DNA of 64,000 nucleotides, taken from a virus. The notes beneath the pieces are model-generated. The model worked only from the letters and a program-made list of their open reading frames with translations. It searched no databases and had not been told where the DNA came from. The stretch is from positions 29,437 through 93,436 of IMG/VR virus record IMGVR_UViG_3300045988_007161; one strand, 5' to 3'. Every line of letters starts with the position of its first letter. Positions within the stretch are counted from its first letter, which is position 1. Shown here piece after piece: positions 10,901 to 20,010 of the stretch. A program made the position numbers and the translations under genes.

Positions 10901-12024
10901 GTCAAGCATTACCTGAATTTCTTGCAGAGATTGGTAATAGAGTCAAGACAAGTAAACTTGCTTTGTGGGATGAATTATTCAATGTAATGCAGGAATATGA
11001 GACTGATGTTAAGGAAGTAAACTTTGACAGAAAGACTTGGTTCAGTAGAATGTTTGGTACTTCTGCTTTATTCCTTATGAATAATGCTGGTGAGCATTGG
11101 ATGCAGAATAGAACCTCATTAGCACTTGCAGATGCTTATAAAATGAAAGCTCCTGATGGTAAGATAGTATCTCTATGGGATGCTATGGAAGTGGTTCCTA
11201 TTGATAAGAATAACAAGAAATTAGGTGCTAAGTTACAGTTAAAGCAAGGTTATACTAAGGAGGATGGGTCTGCATTTACAAGAGATGATATTATAGCATT
11301 CAGTAGAAAGTCTGCTGCTATAAATCAGAGAATGCACGGTATTTACAATAAGGCTGACAGAAGTGCAGTACAAAGGTTAGCTGTAGGTAGAATGGGTGTT
11401 ATGTTTAGAAAGTGGGTGAAGCCCTCACTTAATAGGAGGTTCAAATCAGCATCCTACAATATGGACTTACAGTCTTGGACTGAAGGATACTATGTGACTA
11501 CTGGAAGATTCCTTTTACAGTTAGCAAAAGAATTAAGAAAATCACAATTTGATATTGCTTCAGATTGGAAGAATCTTTCAAGAACTGAAAAAGCTAATAT
11601 TAAAAGAGCTGTGACAGAAGTTGCCCATTACTTAGCTGTGGTAACAGTACTTGGATTGATTGACTGGGATGATAAGGATAACAGACCTTGGCTTACTAAG
11701 ATGGTGGAATATCAGCTTAGAAGATTAAAGACTGAAACTGGTGTGCTTATTCTAGGAAAGCCTATGATAGATGAAGGCTTGAAGATTATGAAATCTCCGG
11801 CAGCAGCTATTCAAACTATTCAATCCACACTTGATTTGATAGGATTGATAAATCCTATGAACTATGAAGTGTTTGCAGGAGAGGATGCTATACTTCAATC
11901 AGGTCAATTTGAAGGCAAGAGTAGGGCATATAGGTTGCTTATGAAGAGTCCATTAATGCCTATGAGGAATACAATCACAAGAGGCATAGACCCTGAATTG
12001 GCAATACCTTACTTCAAGCAATAA
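7969..12024 (+). CDS. large virion/ejected-cargo-like protein (1351 aa), function unknown
   Basis: Starts 4 nt after the vRNAP stop. Long helical protein with a hydrophobic segment (VAHYLAVVTVLGLIDW). No motif recognised. Confidence 0.6.
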   Translation: MARSCAIIPKVKNRNGQVVDSKLFKDLLSFTSNNRSEATRLYLITKADSFIRDWNPRLTLDENNEPTLRSLLKQTNLSKVIPETKVLERLNREIGYYKKGMDRPALWVNNDENYQKLKQRAIAFNQNSEYRDDYVANIIKIQDSESPRVFIGVKVEKRNRLNSINADKMEYNENLNNRLRGILESHGIGIGALTDLEKRMGIHGVTDFDVARNAANGLVEMIRLANGIQGERALPEEFAHFAIEAMGDNPLITRLINNISSNGLAREIIGEDYDTYDTLYHSDETKLAKEAAGKLLAKHLLQGENIPSAPYKNLLQRVIQAVKGFFKNISASSIQRAMKEADKNFGSLAQQILNGSMDEAIDVSNIASSGVFYNTSERVARDKKLLQGIIENELKRLKIYEKRNPNSQFSANQRLLIDRLDIELADNNEIEGIYTFVENALEELTKVNDRLTMLQNTPATNVNERARVLRDVRNYLYSYKHITDGIRKALIDEEKYADNRYGQRVRVVLDNTTTLLGDLFVRYNEVSMPLFVDFIKPFVGESITVPFGKFKGKTMSAEDLVKIADKDISFFDRWLDSMADSSDYMLKVMDQAIKKSKENARLETINVMKELQAATIKLEQAGVKNTDWMFERDSKDNLTGNYISEINQGLFKEKVREMFKSLNEKYGKNPVGDNAEKYRKERQAWFDANMEVVNGKKQPKVSIYGNKAYQNLNPAQKEYYNKIMEIKAKLDSYLPDKYTTLTNAVKIRKDLLERVKASDGVKSGSTQVWEAVKDQFIRRTDDTEFGDRATVKDFEGKEVQVLPIYYTKMKEGESPNDLSTDIVSTLTAYAAMANDFNEMNKVIDVLELGRDMLKEREIIQTRGGKPLVEKFKSVGRKVESTLTKSGDETRFMQRLNDFFEMQVYGRYMADEGTFGNTKIDKGKVANFVNRMTSLNTLAVNVLSGISNVATGGVMMRIESFSGEFFNESNTLRADRNYGQALPEFLAEIGNRVKTSKLALWDELFNVMQEYETDVKEVNFDRKTWFSRMFGTSALFLMNNAGEHWMQNRTSLALADAYKMKAPDGKIVSLWDAMEVVPIDKNNKKLGAKLQLKQGYTKEDGSAFTRDDIIAFSRKSAAINQRMHGIYNKADRSAVQRLAVGRMGVMFRKWVKPSLNRRFKSASYNMDLQSWTEGYYVTTGRFLLQLAKELRKSQFDIASDWKNLSRTEKANIKRAVTEVAHYLAVVTVLGLIDWDDKDNRPWLTKMVEYQLRRLKTETGVLILGKPMIDEGLKIMKSPAAAIQTIQSTLDLIGLINPMNYEVFAGEDAILQSGQFEGKSRAYRLLMKSPLMPMRNTITRGIDPELAIPYFKQ

Positions 12025-12029
12025 TAGAA

Positions 12030-12055
12030 AGAGGAGAGAAATCTCCTCTTTTTTA
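12030..12055 (+). terminator. rho-independent terminator
   Basis: agaggaga-gaaa-tctcctct followed by tttttatt. Confidence 0.75.
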
Positions 12056-12092
12056 TTCACTATAAATAATTTATTTATCCACTTGCATATTA

Positions 12093-12440
12093 GTGGATTT
12101 AGAGGAAGTAAATCATAAAGATGAAGTTAAGAGTAACAATGTTGTATCTAACCTTGAATGGTATACAAGAAGATATAATGTTGGATATGGGACTGTCAGA
12201 GAAAGGCAGTCTAATAATAAGAAAGGACAATCTAATGATTGGCTTATTAAGCCAATCATGCAATATAGCTTGAATGGAGAATTTATTGCTGAATATGATT
12301 CTATTACTCAAGCAGCTAAAGTATTATCCCAAACCTTAAATAAAGATTGGGAAAAGATAAAGAAAGCAATTAATAACCAGCTAAGGAAATACCCTGATGG
12401 TAAATCCTGTGGCTACAAATGGAGGTATAAAAATGTGTGA
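12093..12440 (+). CDS. homing-endonuclease remnant: C-terminal half of an HNH motif plus a NUMOD-like DNA-binding domain
   Basis: GTG start. EVNHKDEVKSNNVVSNLEWYTRRYN resembles the HNH_3 core (H-x-D...N...NLEW), but no upstream half exists (stop at 12063-12065). C-terminal YSLNGEFIAEYDSITQAAK...GYKWRYK resembles endonuclease DNA-binding modules. Confidence 0.5.
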   Translation: MDLEEVNHKDEVKSNNVVSNLEWYTRRYNVGYGTVRERQSNNKKGQSNDWLIKPIMQYSLNGEFIAEYDSITQAAKVLSQTLNKDWEKIKKAINNQLRKYPDGKSCGYKWRYKNV

Positions 12441-12518
12441 ATTAGCAGCAACAGTTATTTGTGCAGGAATCTTTTGGTTCTTATTTAATCCTAACAATGC
12501 AAACAAGACATAAAAGAT

Positions 12519-12564
12519 GGGAGAGTGAGTAGATTAAATTCTACTCCTCTCCCTATTTTTTTTT
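12519..12564 (+). terminator. rho-independent terminator closing the plus-strand block
   Basis: gggagagtgagtaga / tctactcctctccc stem followed by tattttttttt. Confidence 0.7.
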
Positions 12565-12575
12565 ATAAAATGAAA

Positions 12576-12602
12576 GGGTCAAAAATACCCCTATACTAAT
12601 TA
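12576..12602 (-). repeat. 27-nt motif TAATTAGTATAGGGGTatTTTTGACCC (read on the minus strand); inverted partner at 59047-59073
   Basis: Reverse complement matches 59047-59073 at 25 of 27 positions. Sits inside a longer imperfect palindrome, 12573-12630. Confidence 0.7.
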
Positions 12603-12651
12603 CAGCATAGGGTTATTCTTGACCCCTTTATAAAAAATTTCAGCCTACTGA

Positions 12652-15600
12652 TTAAAAGGCTATACACTTGATAGCTTGGTCTCTCTCCTCTTGAGAAATT
12701 GAATCAAACTTCTCTGCTGTCCAACCTTTCTTTAACAAATTCTCTTGCATAGAATCACTTAAAGTATTGAATGATGTAGTAGTTGAAGTAGCACCTCTCA
12801 ATTCACTGATAGTAGGAACTTTGAATGTGCTATCTGCATACTTACCTTCATTAATTCTTCTATAGTAATCTATCAAGGAAGGTCTAAAGTTATTCCAGTT
12901 AGTAACCTTAACAAAGAGTTCCTTGAAGAAATCAAGTATTCTCTTACCTAAGCCCCTGCTCTGTCTTGTCATTACATATTCTCTGAGTCCCTCTGCCATA
13001 TCTTCTTCTAATGAAAGGTCATCTTTCTCACCATATAACTTCTTTGCTTCATTATATAATGCCTGTCTCTCATTATTGTCAAGAAGGAGATTAAATACAG
13101 CATGGAATGCTTCATGGTATGTAGTACCCTCAGCAGCTATGTCAGATAATGTAATTACACCTTTGTCAAACTGACCCCAAGCTAAAGCACCTTGTCTACC
13201 TACTTTAATAAGACCTTTTACTATTTGTACTTTATCATTCTCACTCAATTGAGGTAGTACTCTACTTAACCAATTAAGTTCCTTTTCCTGATTCCATACT
13301 ATAGCTTCTGTGTCATCTACTCTTCTTAAAGTAAATTCATCCTCAAACTCTTCATCATGGTCATTTATTGCCTGTTCCTTTTGAGCAGTATAGGCAGCAC
13401 CTGTCTGGGTATTACCTTGATTAATAGTTGCAGGAGTCTCTACAGTAGTAATAGGAGTAGCACTTACAGTAGGTACTGCATCAGGGTCAAACAATATAGT
13501 CTTTTCTGATGCTAAGTCTTTCATTCTTTGAGGATTACCTAATAAAGCCTTTCTCATGGAATCCTCAACTTGAGATTCACTCATACCTCCTTGTACAGGG
13601 TTATTCTTTATAAGTAAGAATGTTTTACCATTAGGGAATACTGCATAGTAATTATTTGAAGCTACATGAGCTTCTTCTCCCTGTCTGCCAAATCCCTTGG
13701 TTATATTAGGAACCTTGGTTATATGGACATCTACTTCTGTAATACCTGCAATAGGAGTTAAATACCCTTTATGTAATTTACCATCCAACTCAAAGTAACC
13801 TACTCCCTCATCAGCATTATTCATACTGTGTTCAGGTGTCAAATCTTCAATAGGGTTCTGTGTCTCTAATGAAGTCTCAAAGATAGGCAATACTGTCTGA
13901 GCCTGTGCTGGAGTGGCAGGAGTTTCTGTAGATTTATCTACTTTAACTGCACTTACCAAAGGCACATTAACAGCAGGATTATATGTAATAGGAATACCCT
14001 TTTCACTTTGTACTGCTGATACATTCTCCTTATCATAACTCAATACAAATGGCATTACAGCTAACTTAGTAACTGGTACACCATACTGAGATTCAAATAA
14101 GTTCTTGTAAGCAGAAAGTTGCAAAGTATAGTAATCCTTTGCACTCATTCTCTGAGTAGCAGATGGAGTAGTAAAGTAATTAACCTTATGACCATATCTG
14201 TCTGTAAAGTCATAGAAGCTGTATCTACTTGTCTTTACATCATATATCCTAAAGTTACCATTCTTGTCTACTGAGAGAATATCAACTTCACCTGCAACTC
14301 TTGTACCATCAGGATATTTTTGGAATAATACAATATTGTCAGCAAGGAATCTTTCTCCCATTTGTTCCATATTTGATTTAACCCTGTTAAGAGTAGTAAT
14401 CAAATCTATGAAAGCACTCTCTGACATATTAGATGGTTTCACTATTTTAGATACATCCCTTACAGTAAAATACTGTCTAATAATACTATCTATTGCTGAG
14501 CCAGCATCAAGTGCTCTTTGTGAATTAGTACCAGACATTTTATCTCTTACTATATTCACAATAGTATCTCTACTCTTGGCATCAGTCTTACCTCTGTAGG
14601 CAGTCAAGTCTACCTTAAACTTGTTCTCCAAGTATTTCAGGTAATTCTCATACTGAGTAGGATTATCTACAAACTTGCTAAGATTAAGTCTTGCTAATTC
14701 AAGAGCCTTTGTCTGCTTGTCAGATTCTGCCCAATTAGAGCCTAATCTACTATGTACTCTACTATACTGATGATATTCACCATCATCTTCAAGTACATAA
14801 TAAAACTCACCATCAGTTCTTGTCTTATCTACCCTCTTTTGGTTCTCATATATTTCACTGATAACCTCCTTAGACTTGGAAACCCTGTCCTCTCTTTCTT
14901 TCTTCCTGCCTGCAATAGTATCCTTTACATCCTGTGCTTCCTGACCACTAAGATATGTCTGCTTACTCCTGTCAAGTACCTTACCATCAGGAGTAAGAAC
15001 TTTATTATCTACCATCATTGATGAGTTAGTGGAATCCCCAAAGTTATCTTGTGCCCAAGCCAAGTCAAACAATATTCTATTACTGTCAGTAACTTCTACA
15101 GTCCTGCCTTGGTCATCTCTGATAGTGTTTGTCTTTAAGTCTACATAGTATGGCTTATTTGAGAATACAGATACTATTCTTGTGCCTGCAATAGCACCCT
15201 CAGTACCTCCTACAGGAGTTTCTACTTTCCTCTTAGGTTGAGGAGCTACAGAAGCTGGACTTATAGCTTGATGAAGATTACTTTCATTATCAAAGTAATC
15301 AGTTGTAAACCAATTACTTCTTACTGAAGCCTCAGTAATATTTGAAGTAAGGATATTAGAGTTTATCAATCTATTATTGTATGCACCTTCATTTATTCTC
15401 CTTGTGCTGACCTGTAAAGGAAGATTGAACTTGATAAGGTGTCCAAGTATCTCATTGTATATATCCTCAGGATTCTTAGGAGTACCTAATGCACTTGTAT
15501 CTCCCAAGTCTTCAAGAGCAGTTGCATCAAAGTTTATACCTCCAATCTCTGCACTCTTGCTACTTGTAGAGAAATATACATCATACTTATCCTCCTTGAT

Positions 15601-18600
15601 TTGCTCTTTTCCATTAATGATTACTTTCTCATAAGTACCATCTGGCTTTCTTACCTTCTTACTGATAACAATACCATCACCTGCCCTACTACTAAACCAA
15701 GCAACCATAATATCCTGCATATACAAGTCTTGTGCTAAGTCTTGCATAGCAGCAGATACATCATCTTGTGATATAGCAGTTGATAACTTAGTAATGGCAT
15801 TCTTTATATCCTCTCCAACAGGAGTAGAACTTACATTGCTATCATTCAGATTGAACTCTTCATTATTAAAGTGCTTAACCCTCACAGCAGCAGGAGAATA
15901 CTTACCAGCTCCATTAGGTATAAGTAGATATAATCTACCTTCCTTTTGAGCCATATCTACTGGCTTGATAATAAGGCTATCATCCAATCTACCATTAGTA
16001 GCCAATGTACCATTCTTGATTATACCAAAGATAGGTGCTCTACCCTCTCCTGATACATTAGGTATATTAGCCAAGCTTCTTTCTTCTGTGCTGTAAGGTA
16101 TTCTACCTACCATTACTTGTGACACTCTTGTAGTAGGAGTAGCTATAAATCTATCTAATGTTTTTACTCCTCCATTTTTTAATGATAAAGCTAATGAATT
16201 GATTAAGTCACTTAAGTTAAAACTACTTCTGTTATTCCAATAAAATTCTGCATTAGCCTCTTTAAAGATTTTTTCAATATTACTTCCATCTATAAGATGT
16301 AAATCATCTCTAGATAATTCTTTTATCTCAGATAGTCTTTTAATTAGAAGTTCTCTATCAACTTTTTTAGCCTTTTCTGAATTACTCTTATCTAAGATAT
16401 TAAATAAAGGAGTTAAACCTTCAATTATCAATCTCTTAGTATTATAAATATTAGAATTACTTGTATTAGCAAATTCACTTTTTACTCTTTCAATTAAACT
16501 TTGTAAACCCTCATATTTATCAACAACATATTGACTTTCATCTAATGAACCTACTATTTGATTATTTCTCTTATCTATAATAAAGATTGTATGGTCATTA
16601 AATTCAGGGTCAATCATAAATCCAAGCTCATCACCTGCTTTTAGATTACCCTCATTTACATATCTGAATGCTCCTTGGTCTCTTAGATAACCATAAATGC
16701 CAGAGAAGTCTACATTCTTTTCTCTCTCACTTACTACAATATCAAATGGTCTAAAGTCTCCTTCCTTACTTGCCTCTATGTGTAGTTCAGGTATAGCAGG
16801 TCTATAGAATTGATTAAGAGTATCTCTACTTGGTCTTTGTGGAGTTTCTACCCTTTCATTGGCTTTCTTATTCTCCTCATTAACCATCTCAGCAGTTATA
16901 TTACCTACAGGTAATTCTGTTGTAGGCAAATCCTCACTACTTGTTACAGTAGGAGTAGTAGATGTACCACTATCTCCTGTAGTATCTCTTCTATCATCAC
17001 CTCTCACAGTTCCCTCTCTTTTCTCTACAGGCTTCTTATATTCAGGTGAGAATCTATCCTTAAATCTATTGTCATTATTTACCTGAGACATTGCATTTTG
17101 CAAAGCATATTGAGCCTCTTGGAATCTTGTTGCAGACAACTCAACATCACCCTCAGAATCTTCATCAAAGGCATTCTCATTATTGATATAAATTGAATTA
17201 GGATTAGCCAACTGTTCAAGGTTTTCAGAGTTACTGAACTGGTCTTGAAGGAGCTTCATAGCATCTTGCTTAACCTGTGGTTCTGCATCTGACTCATTAA
17301 GAACTCTTCTTACCTCATTATTGTATTGTGAAGTTTCTCTGTAGTTCTTATCCATCTCACTACCTTCATCCTCAAGTTCTTTTAGAACTCTATCCCTATT
17401 CTCTATATCATCTTGGGTATCTATGATACCCCTGAACTCTTGTAAATTCTGTGCAGCATTCAAAGATACCTTTAGGTTATCAGATTTCCTCTTGGTCTCT
17501 TGTTGTGCAGCTTGCTCATCAGCTCTTGCATGGTCTTCTACTTGCTTTTGAGGATTTTCAAGATACTCTTTCAGCTTTGCATTATATGTCTTTGAGGCAT
17601 TACCTAACTTAACAATATCATTCAGCTTAGTTGTAATATCTTCTTTCTCATCTGCACTAAGTACAGTTTCATCTACCTCATTAATCTCCTTAACAAGACC
17701 ATCTACAAACTTAGGATTAGTTGCTAATGTATGAGCCAGTACCTTATCATCCTGACTTCTTACAAGATTAAGAGTATTTATTGCACCTTGAATAGCTCTT
17801 ACATTTTCATCTGCTTGTCTATATCTATCAGTTAAATCAGCATGAGCAGCACCTTCAAACTCTCTTACTTGCTCATTAAATCTAAGGAATGAATCTAAGT
17901 TACCTAATACACTGCCTATTGCAGATTTTACTTCTCCAGACATGGCTGTTGCTCTCTCAGACCAGTTACCTATCTGAGACTTCATCCAAGTCAATTCTTC
18001 AAGCTGGTCATCTGATAATTGCTGACCTGTCTTAATATCAAGCTCATCTTTTATCTTCAGATAATTGTTGATAGTATTGGTCATTTCATCATGGTTCTGC
18101 TGCAACTTCTCTATCATTTCCTGCTTGCCTTCTGGGGTAGCATACATAGGATTACCATTCTTATCAACAAATGGACCTACCTTAGAGCCATCTTCAAGAG
18201 TAGTTGTAGTGTTTTCCACAATAGAGGCAAGATTTTCATCTGATGTATCAAATGCTGTGTTAATTAAGGTAGTAAGGTCTTCCATTCTACCTGCATTATC
18301 AAACATGGCAATATCAGATACTAATTGAGCATGTTCTGCATTCTTGAAGTTGAACTCATCACCTTCCTCAGCAGCTCTATTCATATCATTCTGATACTTA
18401 TTATGCCTGATAAGACCTTGATAGTAGTTCTTAAATTCAGGAGAGTTTATCCTGCTATTCATGTAGTTAGCAATCTCATTCTCTCTTGCTATCTTCTCAT
18501 TATAGTCTCTCCATTCATTTATGGCACCACCCTCAATAGTGATTGGAGACTGAATACCACCTTGTGCATTTCTTACACTTCTAAATCTTGGCATACCTAA

Positions 18601-20007
18601 TGCACCTGTCAAAGAACCAATAAAGAACTCTTCCCACACAGAGCCATCATTTACTGTCTCATTGATTCCCTCAGCAAATGATTTAGTCCAACTTAGAGTC
18701 TCCTGTGCAGCCTCTGGGTCAGTCTTTGACTTATAGAAGTTGTTTACATCAGTAGAGTAATAATTACCTGCTATTCTACTTGCAGCACCCTGTGCCATTT
18801 CCTCAGTACCTTCAGATAATGCACCCTTTGTTATTGCAGTAGCAGCACCTAATCTTGTAGTACCAGCAGTATATTCCCCTGCCTTACCTACTATATTAGT
18901 AGCCTTTCTTGCAGTCTTGAATCCATTAGCATATAACTTGCCAAACTGAATTATATTAGATGCAGTAAGGATAGGTATATTCATAAGCAAGTCTGCATTA
19001 CCCATCTTCAATCTATCCTCATTCAGTTTACCAAGTGCTGCATTGTAAGCTTCTCTTTCCCTTGCAATAGCATCTTGATATTTTACATAAGCTGGGTCTA
19101 CAAACTGATTGCCTTCTACACCACTTCTTACAAGCTCCTTTCCTGCATTAGCTTCATATTCAGCCTGTATTGCATCTAACCTTTCCCTTAGACTGTCATC
19201 AAGCTGTGCTTTATGAAGCTCAAACCAATCCTTACTATTATTGAGTGCTTCAATTCTGCCCTCATTTACTGCTGAAATAGTAGCACCTACAGCAGTATTA
19301 ACTATTGCTGGAGCCTTTGAAGACTTAGCAATAGCACCAATAAGTTGAGGTAGCTTAGTTACCTTCAATCCAGCAGCAGTAACACCACCACTGTAGAAAG
19401 CACCTACTGTGAAACCTAAGTTCTTAATAAACTTATCACCTAAGAAGTTAGCAGTGAAGATATTTTCATACCAAGGCTGCTCTTGTTCTGCCCTTGTGTA
19501 ATAGTTAGGTAATGCCTGCTCAGACCATTCATTAACAGATTGCATAGCTTTAGAGAAGTCATTATCCCAAAGACCAGACCATCTACCTTCACCTATTGCA
19601 GTACCAGCTCCAAGCACTAAACCTACAGTACCATCAAGGAAAGTAGTACCTGCAAGTATAGCACCTTTAGCAAGACCTGCTCCTATTTGTGCATACCAAG
19701 GCTGATTCTCTGCTCTTATATCCCCTAACTCCTGAAACTGTGCCTCAGTTGCAGTAGGCTCATCAAACATGCTCTCACCCCAAGGTGTAGCAGTCCCTTC
19801 TAATGAAGTTGCAACCATCTGCTCACCATGTGCCCTTGCATCATACAATGAAGTAGGAGCAGTACTTGCTCCTACATTCATACTGAATGACTGAAACTCA
19901 GGACTAAGGTTAGTGTATGGCTCTTGATTTGCTTCCTGCAAATCTCTGAAAGTCATTGGACCACTCTTAGTAATATCTATATCCTTTACTTTAGTTTCTT
20001 TTGCCAT
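12652..20007 (-). CDS. giant multidomain virion protein (2451 aa): hydrophobic Gly-rich N-terminus, coiled coils, RecB-like PD-(D/E)xK nuclease motifs, C-terminal HExxH zincin motif
   Basis: GEVDILSVD...RIYDVKTS...YTLQLSAYKNLF gives the D / D-x-K / QxxxY motif order (about 14100-14300). HEAFH at 13102-13116. N-terminus has AQIGAGLAKGAILAGTTFLDGTVGLVLGAG. Confidence 0.75.
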   Translation of the reverse strand: MAKETKVKDIDITKSGPMTFRDLQEANQEPYTNLSPEFQSFSMNVGASTAPTSLYDARAHGEQMVATSLEGTATPWGESMFDEPTATEAQFQELGDIRAENQPWYAQIGAGLAKGAILAGTTFLDGTVGLVLGAGTAIGEGRWSGLWDNDFSKAMQSVNEWSEQALPNYYTRAEQEQPWYENIFTANFLGDKFIKNLGFTVGAFYSGGVTAAGLKVTKLPQLIGAIAKSSKAPAIVNTAVGATISAVNEGRIEALNNSKDWFELHKAQLDDSLRERLDAIQAEYEANAGKELVRSGVEGNQFVDPAYVKYQDAIAREREAYNAALGKLNEDRLKMGNADLLMNIPILTASNIIQFGKLYANGFKTARKATNIVGKAGEYTAGTTRLGAATAITKGALSEGTEEMAQGAASRIAGNYYSTDVNNFYKSKTDPEAAQETLSWTKSFAEGINETVNDGSVWEEFFIGSLTGALGMPRFRSVRNAQGGIQSPITIEGGAINEWRDYNEKIARENEIANYMNSRINSPEFKNYYQGLIRHNKYQNDMNRAAEEGDEFNFKNAEHAQLVSDIAMFDNAGRMEDLTTLINTAFDTSDENLASIVENTTTTLEDGSKVGPFVDKNGNPMYATPEGKQEMIEKLQQNHDEMTNTINNYLKIKDELDIKTGQQLSDDQLEELTWMKSQIGNWSERATAMSGEVKSAIGSVLGNLDSFLRFNEQVREFEGAAHADLTDRYRQADENVRAIQGAINTLNLVRSQDDKVLAHTLATNPKFVDGLVKEINEVDETVLSADEKEDITTKLNDIVKLGNASKTYNAKLKEYLENPQKQVEDHARADEQAAQQETKRKSDNLKVSLNAAQNLQEFRGIIDTQDDIENRDRVLKELEDEGSEMDKNYRETSQYNNEVRRVLNESDAEPQVKQDAMKLLQDQFSNSENLEQLANPNSIYINNENAFDEDSEGDVELSATRFQEAQYALQNAMSQVNNDNRFKDRFSPEYKKPVEKREGTVRGDDRRDTTGDSGTSTTPTVTSSEDLPTTELPVGNITAEMVNEENKKANERVETPQRPSRDTLNQFYRPAIPELHIEASKEGDFRPFDIVVSEREKNVDFSGIYGYLRDQGAFRYVNEGNLKAGDELGFMIDPEFNDHTIFIIDKRNNQIVGSLDESQYVVDKYEGLQSLIERVKSEFANTSNSNIYNTKRLIIEGLTPLFNILDKSNSEKAKKVDRELLIKRLSEIKELSRDDLHLIDGSNIEKIFKEANAEFYWNNRSSFNLSDLINSLALSLKNGGVKTLDRFIATPTTRVSQVMVGRIPYSTEERSLANIPNVSGEGRAPIFGIIKNGTLATNGRLDDSLIIKPVDMAQKEGRLYLLIPNGAGKYSPAAVRVKHFNNEEFNLNDSNVSSTPVGEDIKNAITKLSTAISQDDVSAAMQDLAQDLYMQDIMVAWFSSRAGDGIVISKKVRKPDGTYEKVIINGKEQIKEDKYDVYFSTSSKSAEIGGINFDATALEDLGDTSALGTPKNPEDIYNEILGHLIKFNLPLQVSTRRINEGAYNNRLINSNILTSNITEASVRSNWFTTDYFDNESNLHQAISPASVAPQPKRKVETPVGGTEGAIAGTRIVSVFSNKPYYVDLKTNTIRDDQGRTVEVTDSNRILFDLAWAQDNFGDSTNSSMMVDNKVLTPDGKVLDRSKQTYLSGQEAQDVKDTIAGRKKEREDRVSKSKEVISEIYENQKRVDKTRTDGEFYYVLEDDGEYHQYSRVHSRLGSNWAESDKQTKALELARLNLSKFVDNPTQYENYLKYLENKFKVDLTAYRGKTDAKSRDTIVNIVRDKMSGTNSQRALDAGSAIDSIIRQYFTVRDVSKIVKPSNMSESAFIDLITTLNRVKSNMEQMGERFLADNIVLFQKYPDGTRVAGEVDILSVDKNGNFRIYDVKTSRYSFYDFTDRYGHKVNYFTTPSATQRMSAKDYYTLQLSAYKNLFESQYGVPVTKLAVMPFVLSYDKENVSAVQSEKGIPITYNPAVNVPLVSAVKVDKSTETPATPAQAQTVLPIFETSLETQNPIEDLTPEHSMNNADEGVGYFELDGKLHKGYLTPIAGITEVDVHITKVPNITKGFGRQGEEAHVASNNYYAVFPNGKTFLLIKNNPVQGGMSESQVEDSMRKALLGNPQRMKDLASEKTILFDPDAVPTVSATPITTVETPATINQGNTQTGAAYTAQKEQAINDHDEEFEDEFTLRRVDDTEAIVWNQEKELNWLSRVLPQLSENDKVQIVKGLIKVGRQGALAWGQFDKGVITLSDIAAEGTTYHEAFHAVFNLLLDNNERQALYNEAKKLYGEKDDLSLEEDMAEGLREYVMTRQSRGLGKRILDFFKELFVKVTNWNNFRPSLIDYYRRINEGKYADSTFKVPTISELRGATSTTTSFNTLSDSMQENLLKKGWTAEKFDSISQEERDQAIKCIAF

Positions 20008-20010
20008 ATC

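Noticed and set aside
12433-12513. 26-codon hydrophobic ORF (MCELAATVICAGIFWFLFNPNNANKT) overlapping the stop of the HNH remnant
   Set aside because: Plausible as a micro-membrane protein, but there is nothing beyond an ATG and hydrophobicity. It may be a chance ORF in the terminator region.
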